DNA of 64,000 bases from a virus, in IMG/VR virus record IMGVR_UViG_3300005253_000031, positions 1 to 64,000 of that record, one strand, 5' to 3'. Within the stretch, counting starts at the first letter, position 1. Every line of letters begins with the position of its first letter. The position numbers and the translations under genes were made by a program. The notes beneath the pieces were generated by a model, which saw only the letters and a list, made by a program, of their open reading frames with translations, had not been told where the DNA came from and did not search any database. Shown here piece after piece: positions 18,453-26,758 of the stretch.

Positions 18453-18922
18453 CAAACGTCCTCCAATCTCTGCTTACGAATTAAGTCAAAAATACTTCGT
18501 TCCTCTATTCGCCCGTCGAAGGTTTCCTGAACGTAAATCATAACCCCCGGGGCAACTCCATAGTCTTCTGCATAACGTTTGCGAACATCTAAATCCACCA
18601 CACGACTATCGTCCTCAATGGTTCCTTTAATGGCGTCCAACGTCGCCCTCGTTAACTTGTCTATATCCGGCGGAACCGAGGGATACGGTCTATCCTTGAC
18701 GGATTTGGGACGCTTTAAGAAAAACCATAACTCAACACTTACTGGCCCATCTAACGCCCGTGCGTCCCCCAGATGCTGTCTGATGATAGCTTCCCAATCC
18801 TTGCTTTGCTGAGAATGGGTAACTATCGCACGGGCGGATTTGCCTTTGCCCACCACAAAACCCAACATAGAACCCTTACTCTTGGGGTCACCCTCTACCT
18901 CGACGTACAATGCTCTAGTCAT
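18452..18922 (-). CDS. rusA: RusA-like Holliday junction resolvase
   Basis: PKSKGS, F.LKRPKS, PPDIDKLTRATLDAI..IEDDSRVVDL. Confidence 0.9.
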   Translation of the reverse strand: MTRALYVEVEGDPKSKGSMLGFVVGKGKSARAIVTHSQQSKDWEAIIRQHLGDARALDGPVSVELWFFLKRPKSVKDRPYPSVPPDIDKLTRATLDAIKGTIEDDSRVVDLDVRKRYAEDYGVAPGVMIYVQETFDGRIEERSIFDLIRKQRLEDV

Positions 18923-19952
18923 GCCCTTCTTTCCGCCACAACTGGATTTCATACAGCCCATAGCCACAAACACATTCCCAATCTGCATCTGCGTCTAGTA
19001 CGTCTTTGCACTCCTCACAGGGACCGTTATCCACAAACGCGGCTTCTGCCAATTGGTCTTTATACCACTCGGGAAACCGGTTTGTGATCCCTCGAGCGAT
19101 GGTCTTCCAAAAGTGTTTGAACAGAACCTCTTTGATCCGATCCCCCTCTTCAGCTAACACATCTGTCTGAATCTCTCTAAGCAACGCGCCAATGTCTTTC
19201 GGAGAATGGTCCAGTTCGTCCCGCTCATTGAGGTGCTGCACGGCCTTGGCCCAACGTGCCTCAGTACGTAGTTCCTCGGTCAGGTTGAACACTATGTCCT
19301 TGGTATTGGGATTGCGATTCTTCCAATCCTTTTGGTGCGTCTCTTTGAACGCCTCCGATACCCACTTGCCCAACGCAATCGTTTTGTCGGGGGTAAACAG
19401 GTCGTAGTTCTTAATGACCATTCCCTCGATCTTCACGTTGCCCAGCACCGAATCCCTGTCGAAGAACTCTCTAAGTTCCTCTATACTGTTAACCATCCCC
19501 CGGAACAGTTCGGGCACAGCCTCTATGCCTAACGACTCTGCCTCTAGCTCAAAGGCTAAACGGTTCCGTTCATAATACTGGCCGGGCCGTTCGATGTCGA
19601 ACAACATCAAGCCATTAAAAGGGGTTCTCTCATATGCCAGCGAGTTATGCTTGGGCTTATTCAGCCACTCACAGCGATACGTTGCACCCAACTCAAGGTC
19701 CGGCACAAGGAGCTTGACGTATTCCACTGCTGCCGCAAACATTTTAGATGGAGCGTCTATATCAATTTGCTGGCCTTTTGAATGAACACTTAGTTGAACG
19801 TCATCCAGTTTCCCCTCTCCACCCTCGTCCAACAGCCCGAAGCTGAACTGTGAGCCGTCCACCTTCTCCTGAATAACCACCTCGGATCCAAACAGTCCCT
19901 CCAGGGCTCTATGTCCCACATTGTAGATCTTAGGATAAGATGCTACTTTCAT
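18915..19952 (-). CDS. ATP-dependent RNA ligase (Rnl2-like)
   Basis: YPKI, QEKVDGSQF (KxDG), FDI, VPEL, EGMVIK, KW motifs. Confidence 0.85.
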   Translation of the reverse strand: MKVASYPKIYNVGHRALEGLFGSEVVIQEKVDGSQFSFGLLDEGGEGKLDDVQLSVHSKGQQIDIDAPSKMFAAAVEYVKLLVPDLELGATYRCEWLNKPKHNSLAYERTPFNGLMLFDIERPGQYYERNRLAFELEAESLGIEAVPELFRGMVNSIEELREFFDRDSVLGNVKIEGMVIKNYDLFTPDKTIALGKWVSEAFKETHQKDWKNRNPNTKDIVFNLTEELRTEARWAKAVQHLNERDELDHSPKDIGALLREIQTDVLAEEGDRIKEVLFKHFWKTIARGITNRFPEWYKDQLAEAAFVDNGPCEECKDVLDADADWECVCGYGLYEIQLWRKEGHD

Positions 19953-20350
19953 TAGTTAAACTCCTGCATGAAGAATATGGCCTCTGGATTATGTAGAGTG
20001 GCCCCATCGGGCAACCTTGGCTTAAGGCCTAACCCCTCCCCACATAGATACATTTGCTCGGCCTCCCCTGGATTACCTGCATCAAAGTAAACTATAACAA
20101 ACGTTTCCGACGGTACCACCCATACTCCAAACAAGCAAGCCTTATTCGTTTCCTCGCCCCCATCTAAAACGTTTAGTCGCGCTTCAATCGTCGTTAGCTG
20201 TACGTCAACAGCACCCAAATCCTGAACGATCTTGTTGGTGGTGCTGTTTACGGTATCCACTGTTTCGTTCATATTGTTTATTTGAACCACCATGCCAATT
20301 TCAACAGCTATGGCCAATACAGCTATCACTATTCCAACTAGTTTCAACAT
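19952..20350 (-). CDS. Membrane-anchored hypothetical protein
   Basis: N-terminal TM helix plus coiled coil. Confidence 0.6.
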   Translation of the reverse strand: MLKLVGIVIAVLAIAVEIGMVVQINNMNETVDTVNSTTNKIVQDLGAVDVQLTTIEARLNVLDGGEETNKACLFGVWVVPSETFVIVYFDAGNPGEAEQMYLCGEGLGLKPRLPDGATLHNPEAIFFMQEFN

Positions 20351-20459
20351 TACTTACCCCGTTCTCTCCTTAGTTTGTCCTCTCGCCTAAACCGTAGAGC
20401 CTGTCCGACGTATATTCCGAACAGGAACATAAGGAGGACACCAAACCCTTCAAATATTG

Positions 20460-21029
20460 TCATTTCCCACTAAACCTCCGTAAAAACTTCAGAGCCTGCT
20501 CTAGAGACTTCACTCGACTAACGTTAAACGGGGGTTGATGCGTATCTACATGCGCGTTCCAGACCCTGTCCAAAAGATACACGGACTTTTCCGGATGCTT
20601 CTTCGCCTTCTCCGCGATAGTGGGGGCATCGTCAATCAAAACGTCTATAGGGTAGTCCAGCTTCTCAATACCCGGGCCATTAAAGATCAGCACGGTGTAT
20701 TTTATCCCCTGTTTATGCAACCACGCAGTCACCGCCGGGTGAGACTTGTAGGTGCGCCTCGTTATGATGGTGATGTCGTGGCCCTGGGACTTTAGGTCAT
20801 GTATCCATTTGGCCGAGCCGGGCTCGATCAATTCCACTAGCCCCCGTTCCCAAGCTTCATCCATCATATTCAATACATGCGATGTACTGAACTCAAAATT
20901 ATCCTGAAAGAAACCCCAGTCATCATAATCTTCAGATGTCAAGGCCAACCCATGCCGCTCATTAGCAACGATAATTAGGCCCCCTATAAGGTCGCCCAAC
21001 ACACCGTCCACATCGATTCCGATATTCAT
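20460..21029 (-). CDS. HAD-family 5'(3')-deoxyribonucleotidase-like phosphatase
   Basis: IGIDVDGVL, IITRR, LIDD, WN. Confidence 0.85.
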   Translation of the reverse strand: MNIGIDVDGVLGDLIGGLIIVANERHGLALTSEDYDDWGFFQDNFEFSTSHVLNMMDEAWERGLVELIEPGSAKWIHDLKSQGHDITIITRRTYKSHPAVTAWLHKQGIKYTVLIFNGPGIEKLDYPIDVLIDDAPTIAEKAKKHPEKSVYLLDRVWNAHVDTHQPPFNVSRVKSLEQALKFLRRFSGK

Positions 21030-21190
21030 GTACTGCTCCTTACATCCTAAAAGAGAAGGTGTTGAACACTCTTTTGCACTTGGACTTATGTTCTAGGCAA
21101 AATACGCCATCTGGAGAATCCTTGAGGTTTACGTATCCGACCACAGACAACTTGAGCGTGTGCATCTCTTTGCCAACATCACACTTGAAC

Positions 21191-21911
21191 TCATACGTAG
21201 GCACAGCCACACTCCTCCGCGGGCAGGTCTACCCTCCGTGGGGTAGGGTTGCCCCGCTTTTGCTCATCGACTGACCAAACAGGTCCCGCGTACTCAGGAT
21301 GTACCTGCCCATATGACGACAAATAGCCTTCGACGTCTCGTATGTGGGTCTTCATGCCATAATACTGCTCGACCATTTGATCTTCTATATTCTGCCTTCG
21401 ATCGTTATTCATGTTTTGCTCCGTCCTTACTGTTTCCATCTCATACCGAGATAAAACCCGAAACGGGGATGCAGCTTTGAGTTGGTCAACAGTCGATTGA
21501 ACACCACCACAAACGGGCCTACACTCAAACGGATTTCATTACATCCGTTGTGATTCTTCTTTCGTTTGAATTTCATCTTTATCCTCCCGTCAAGTCTGCA
21601 TCCGGAGTTCGGGCCTCTCGTTCCTCTAATCGGTTCAAAATGAATACAGTTAGAATACGTGGGGAAAACTCGCACTCCGTCCCTACCTTAAAGAACTCCG
21701 TAAGTACGTGGTTTTTCTCATCCAACTCAGCCTTGGACAAAGGCTCTTCCCGCATCAAAACCTTAACCGCGAATGACCTTACCGCGTTCAAAGAGGAAAA
21801 GAACTTGTTGGCCAAGTCTCCCTCGAACAACTCTGGGTCAAACTTAACGTGCTCTGCTTTATCCATGTTTCTCCCCTCACTCACAGCAAAACCATTGCGC
21901 TCCACAGTCAT
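21191..21911 (-). CDS. Hypothetical proteins (21191-21439, 21427-21675 and/or 21579-21911)
   Basis: Overlapping ORFs; boundaries uncertain. Confidence 0.35.
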
Positions 21912-22136
21912 GACAAGCTGCTCTCGTTTTCGATACTCGATATATGTTGGGCGACGCGCAAACCCTACACTCCACTACAGATCCTCGCTGGACAGTCGTG
22001 GATGTGAAGATAAAACTGCTTCCACGCCTCTGCATCAGTTAGCAGCCCCTCAGTATAGCGTTTTGCTATTCTCTGTACGTACTCACAATTCATGTATTCC
22101 CCTTTCTCTTTGTGAAAGCTCCTCAACTTACATAAA

Positions 22137-22206
22137 TAGAGATCGTGGGATTTGAACCACACATTTCCGATTTAACATCGGTGTCCTTCCGTTAGACGAC
22201 ATCTCT
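22137..22206 (-). pseudogene. Degenerate tRNA-like element (5-nt anticodon loop, no CCA)
   Basis: AGAGATG TC GTCT AACGGAA GGAC A CCGAT GTTAA ATCGG AAAT GTGTGG TTCAAAT CCCAC GATCTCT. Confidence 0.65.
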
Positions 22207-22331
22207 ATCTTTATATTGGGGACCTAGGTGAGTACTCTGAACAGTTTCAACCTAAGCCCTCGTAAGGAGGCCATGTATTCAATATACACTATTTTCAACA
22301 AAGTAAACATACCGTCTAGGTTATGTAATCG

Positions 22332-22752
22332 TTAACCCAGAATCAGTACAGCCTCGTACTCCCCCTGCTCATCAGCCAAAACAGTTAAATGGCCATCAAT
22401 CTCGCGGGCCCACCTACGCATATTAAGTGTGCCTGCTTGGCGGTCATGGTAGTCACAATACGTGCCCGCTACCACTCGCCCTCGTGCGTTCACACGTCGC
22501 AGGTAATACATCCCAAGCACTGTGCAGCCTCGCATAGCGCACTTAAGAGTTTCTCCCTCAGCTAGTCGTTGAATCAGGTCTACGGTAGTCATCTTCGTCT
22601 CTCTCTTTAGGCTTTCCAGCGGGACACACAGACTCTGTTACTACCAATACCTCGCGATGGTAATGGTCATCGTGGTCCCCAAAGCCATGCTTGTCATCTA
22701 CGACCGAGATTTCCAAGATGTCTCCCCGGGCTATGATCGCACACAGTTTCAC
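22332..22752 (-). CDS. Two small hypothetical proteins (22332-22592, 22558-22752)
   Basis: Overlapping ORFs. Confidence 0.5.
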
Positions 22753-23372
22753 TCGCTATCTCCCAGATATTCACGAATATCCAACATAGTAAACCCGCAT
22801 GTATTACAACTCCAACTTGGGTCGGCATCTAGTATTTCTATACATTCCGCACACGGCCTATCTACCTCAGAATGGGGCACGTTTGACAAGTTAGGCTTGG
22901 CACAACTAAGACGCCCGGATACAGGTGGATCTCCCCACTCCCCGGACTGGTTTTCCTTTTCCTTCAAGCGCTGATGCAGGATCCGAATAATTTTGACATA
23001 CACTCCTACATCGAATAAGCGAGGATCAATATCCTCCACCTTACCCTCGAAGCCTCGACTAAATGACCAAAGCACGTTGTCGACCTGCTTCATCAGATAC
23101 ACGAACGCCACAACTCTCGGGTCGCTTAACTTCAGTCCCGGATACAGTCCCAATATAGAGGATACCCTAAAGAAGTTTCCGTTAGCGTCTCCCCCCGCTG
23201 CGTAGTCGTAATTCTTGGCGCTGTACCCCTTTAACTCGCTGAGGGTTAGGTCCAAGAAAAGGCTATCTCCATGGGGGAATAGCTCTTGCAGTATACCTAC
23301 TATAGCCTCCTCAGTTACGTCGCTCTCTGTCGCATCTGACGCGTCTAGCAGGTCTTTGTTACTATTATCCAT
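22749..23372 (-). CDS. Nucleotide-modification-associated (DUF1599/Nmad-like, alpha-helical) protein with C-terminal Zn ribbon
   Basis: AKNYDYA..GD..GNF...MKQVD...ED...L.D..VY; CAEC/CNTC. Confidence 0.55.
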   Translation of the reverse strand: MDNSNKDLLDASDATESDVTEEAIVGILQELFPHGDSLFLDLTLSELKGYSAKNYDYAAGGDANGNFFRVSSILGLYPGLKLSDPRVVAFVYLMKQVDNVLWSFSRGFEGKVEDIDPRLFDVGVYVKIIRILHQRLKEKENQSGEWGDPPVSGRLSCAKPNLSNVPHSEVDRPCAECIEILDADPSWSCNTCGFTMLDIREYLGDSE

Positions 23373-23616
23373 GTGTTATCCTTTCCTTCCAGAATGCTAT
23401 ACCACTCAATATAATCCACATTACAGCCGTTATACCAACGCCAAGGGTACTTAACCACAAATTCAACGAGGCGAATGCTCCTGCAAACATAACTAACCAG
23501 AAGGCCGTCATGACACAGGTGATAAGTGGGGGCGGCTGTCGCTTCCAGATAGCTGGTATCATCGCTGCTCCCAGGCTAAAGCTGCCTATCATGAACACCA
23601 AGTCTTGCCATATCAT
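23365..23616 (-). CDS. Small 3-TM membrane protein (PQ-loop-like)
   Basis: MIWQDLVFMIG...MIPAIW; three hydrophobic helices; GGTATAATGTA promoter and GAGGTG SD upstream. Confidence 0.6.
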   Translation of the reverse strand: MIWQDLVFMIGSFSLGAAMIPAIWKRQPPPLITCVMTAFWLVMFAGAFASLNLWLSTLGVGITAVMWIILSGIAFWKERITHG

Positions 23617-24212
23617 CAAGATAACACCTCGTATATATACATTATACCCGCAATTGGCTTCAACAGCCACAATCCACGTCCACCCACTTGACTGAGGTAT
23701 GTATCTCGATGGGCCTGTTGGTCTAATTGGTGCGCTGACTGCATGTGCAGTACCCAGGGCTCTGCCAGTCCCTCCGGCCAATCGTGTTCCTTCTCGGACA
23801 GTGTTTCCAGACCTTCTGGTCCCAGCTTGGTTATATCGTACATTACATGCGCCGTAAACCCAGGGTTTAGTGGGACCGTTCCGTTCTCTGGATGATATAC
23901 AGCCACCGCTATTAGTCCCAGTTCTCCCGTACGGGCCAGTAAGCCCGCGCCATGCATTGAAAGCATGTTGTAGATCTTCTCGAAGTTAATCTCCACAGGG
24001 ATGTTAGCACTGGTGGAAATCAACTCCTCCTCGTAGCGGACCAACGCCACCCATGTCCCTGGAGGCTTGGCAGTCCAAAGGAAGTCACTCATTGGGTTTA
24101 CGTGTGAAGACATCAGTCGCCACGAAGTTACCTCCGGAAACTTAACAGCCTCCACCGCTGCGATTTTATCCGAATCGTTCACTAAATCTAGAACTGTTAT
24201 CCCCCTATACAT
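23616..24212 (-). CDS. Hypothetical protein
   Basis: 198-aa ORF. Confidence 0.6.
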   Translation of the reverse strand: MYRGITVLDLVNDSDKIAAVEAVKFPEVTSWRLMSSHVNPMSDFLWTAKPPGTWVALVRYEEELISTSANIPVEINFEKIYNMLSMHGAGLLARTGELGLIAVAVYHPENGTVPLNPGFTAHVMYDITKLGPEGLETLSEKEHDWPEGLAEPWVLHMQSAHQLDQQAHRDTYLSQVGGRGLWLLKPIAGIMYIYEVLS

Positions 24213-24786
24213 AGTTCAATTCCAAGCGCCACGTCTCATCTAGTATAGCCCTAGCAGCCTCAGCGGTCTTCTGAGCGTCATAAAGCGCATCATGTCCGCG
24301 ATCTTTCTCAAACATAATATCCTGTTCCTTACACATATCAGCCAAACTAAGGTAATCAGTAGCGCCAAAAGCCGCACGAAAACCGTGACACAAAGTTCGT
24401 ATATCTATTGTACGATAATCAAATGGAATAATACGGTTAGTTGCCTTAAATGCCTTGGTCAAAAAGCGGGTTTCAAAGTCAATCCCCCAAGCAGCAAGAA
24501 CAGATTGAGACCAGTCAATCTCCCTACACCACAACCCCAGAGCCTCGGGTAGTAACTTCCCGGCCATAGCGGTCTCATAGGATATATTGTGGGTATCCAA
24601 GGCCTCACGATCCGCGCTATTCCATCTACTTGGTTTAACATATGTGACCATTTCGGAATGAGGTACAATCGAGCGAGAAGCCACGTCCATAACGACTCTC
24701 GCAATCTGAATGATGTCATGCTTCTCGGGATTTAGCCCCAGCGTCTCTAGATCAGTTACGACCCAGAAACGTGCTTCCTTGCTCAT
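24205..24786 (-). CDS. DEDDh 3'-5' exonuclease (DnaQ-like)
   Basis: DLETLGL, FETRFL, ID, HDALYDA. Confidence 0.9.
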   Translation of the reverse strand: MSKEARFWVVTDLETLGLNPEKHDIIQIARVVMDVASRSIVPHSEMVTYVKPSRWNSADREALDTHNISYETAMAGKLLPEALGLWCREIDWSQSVLAAWGIDFETRFLTKAFKATNRIIPFDYRTIDIRTLCHGFRAAFGATDYLSLADMCKEQDIMFEKDRGHDALYDAQKTAEAARAILDETWRLELNYV

Positions 24787-24799
24787 ATAGATTTCCTTT

Positions 24800-25304
24800 C
24801 TACAGCTTGCTTCGTATTGGCCACCATAGGAACTGTCTCCACCATGCGCCCCAGGTACCGTAGCTCTCATTTAGTCGAATCTGACGCAATATATCTATGT
24901 AATCACGTTTACCAAGGCCGTAATATGGGTGCGCGGCAAAATACATAGTATGCCCGACTGTTATCCAGGGGCGCTTTAATACACGCGCTACGAGGATCCA
25001 CCAACTACTCCAGAACCCAACACTCCAGATCCACGCAGAAGTCGCAATCCACACCTTCACCTTCTCCGGATTCTCCAGTCCCGCCCGTAAATACGCCAAC
25101 TCCACCAGCGCCAGGATAAAAATTTCCATCGGAATCCTCCACTATCTCTGGAACCTCAAGTTGATTAGCTATGAACTCGATATCCACGGCCATGTTGAAC
25201 AGTAACTCCGTTTGAAGAGACAGAAACGAAGGCGCTCCCCCATCAGCTATATCCTCAAAGGTTGCGTAGATCTCCTCTAGACTGCGTAGCTTCTCTAGGC
25301 TCAT
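24800..25304 (-). CDS. Two hypothetical proteins (24800-25129 hydrophobic; 25005-25304)
   Basis: Overlapping ORFs; the extent of overlap is uncertain. Confidence 0.4.
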
Positions 25305-25306
25305 GT

Positions 25307-25852
25307 CTAAACCCCTTTCAATGCGTCATATATCTCTGTTTGTAGTTCTTCACGATGTGCTTCGTAGGCCCGGGTAAGGTAAAACTTTCCCTCTAGTCCT
25401 CGGGGATATCGTCTAGTAAACGGCCCTCGTTCATGCTTTTTCACCGTCTCCAGTCTCATGCCCGCTGGGACATTTATAGAACGACGATGGCGTTTGACGG
25501 TTATCCGCTTACCCTCCTTGTTGTAATACGCATGACGAGGTATGTTGGTGGTTCCCTTCCGGGCTTTTACAATGCCCTTACGAGTATGCTTCTTAACTGT
25601 GTGCTTGCCTACTTCCTCAGTAAAGCCTGGCGGTACTCCGAATTCTTGCTTAGAAGCGTAGTGCACAGTATACTGAATGACAAACCCGTTAGGCAATGTG
25701 CGGAGCACACCTGACCGTTTCAATGCTCCCGTCTTAACGGGAACGAAAATCTGAGACTCATCGAATATGCTTCGTCCCAATCGATGCGCTGCGTATATGA
25801 TCCGATTACGTACCTCTTGAGATTGTCCGATTCGGAAAGTGAGCTTAGGCAC
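25307..25852 (-). CDS. HK97 gp10-like neck/tail-completion protein with basic insertion
   Basis: VPVKTGALKRSG, YA..QEFG, KFYLTRAYE. Confidence 0.7.
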   Translation of the reverse strand: MPKLTFRIGQSQEVRNRIIYAAHRLGRSIFDESQIFVPVKTGALKRSGVLRTLPNGFVIQYTVHYASKQEFGVPPGFTEEVGKHTVKKHTRKGIVKARKGTTNIPRHAYYNKEGKRITVKRHRRSINVPAGMRLETVKKHERGPFTRRYPRGLEGKFYLTRAYEAHREELQTEIYDALKGV

Positions 25853-26719
25853 CTACAGTTCTATGCTCATGTCCAATCTGTCCTCGTACTCCGTGTGAAC
25901 TGGACGGACTTTAATGAGCACACCGCCCAAATTTGTTGGGGCCATCATGGCTTGTTCTACATAACTGCCTTGAGCACGCCCGTTGCGTGAACTCCCATAG
26001 GTATAGCCTCGCATAAAGCCCCCAGTACAAGCCAGGATACGCCTCTTGGCTTTAAGTCGAGCATGCTTTCCAAATACCGGAACTAGCACGTCCACCGGGT
26101 ATCCCACCTTGCGGGAGTAATGACCCAAGAGAAACATGTCAATCGTTGGAAAGCGTGCCAACATCTTCTCCAGCTTGTTCAACGGTGCTGCCATGGTCTG
26201 TCCGGAACCCTGTCCGTGGTGAACCCATATCTGACAGTTAACAGCCCGGTGGCCCTTTCCTACCTCAGATCGGAACTTGAGATTGACGATCGCGCAAGTT
26301 CCCAGGAAGGGGGTTTTAAGCTTTTCGGCTAACAGCGTGTCAGATGTTTGGCCATCCTCGAACTCAAAGTAGTGGTGACCCTCCACCATACCCAGCCAGC
26401 GACCCTCAGTCCCTTTCATAGCGTCGTATACCTTCTCCAGATGAAGCATGGCGATCTCGCCCAACGCATCTAACGTAGAGTCGTAAAATCCCGCAATTTG
26501 AATTGCTCGGCGATTGCTCGGCGAAGCCATGTCGACATAGTCTCCCATGCCGATGAAATATGCATTCTGCTTCATACCCCAATCAAGATGGCGCTTGAGC
26601 TTATCCAAGTCACTGCCACGCGCCCCGTACTGTATGTCCCCTACGGGCATTATGAACGTCTCGTCCCAGGGCAGCGTCAACGATGGCTGCGTATCTACCG
26701 GTACTTCCCATAGTTCCAT
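25853..26719 (-). CDS. Calcineurin-like metallophosphoesterase
   Basis: GDIQYG, MGDYVD, EGHH, HHG, GHYS. Confidence 0.85.
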   Translation of the reverse strand: MELWEVPVDTQPSLTLPWDETFIMPVGDIQYGARGSDLDKLKRHLDWGMKQNAYFIGMGDYVDMASPSNRRAIQIAGFYDSTLDALGEIAMLHLEKVYDAMKGTEGRWLGMVEGHHYFEFEDGQTSDTLLAEKLKTPFLGTCAIVNLKFRSEVGKGHRAVNCQIWVHHGQGSGQTMAAPLNKLEKMLARFPTIDMFLLGHYSRKVGYPVDVLVPVFGKHARLKAKRRILACTGGFMRGYTYGSSRNGRAQGSYVEQAMMAPTNLGGVLIKVRPVHTEYEDRLDMSIEL

Positions 26720-26758
26720 TTAGTTCACCTCACGTTCTTTCTATAGTTACATTATACC

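Noticed and set aside
22137-22206. Ochre (UUA) suppressor tRNA or stop-codon recoding
   Set aside because: The UUA reading needs G33 and a mismatched stem; TAA, TAG and TGA all end genes normally and the long genes are uninterrupted
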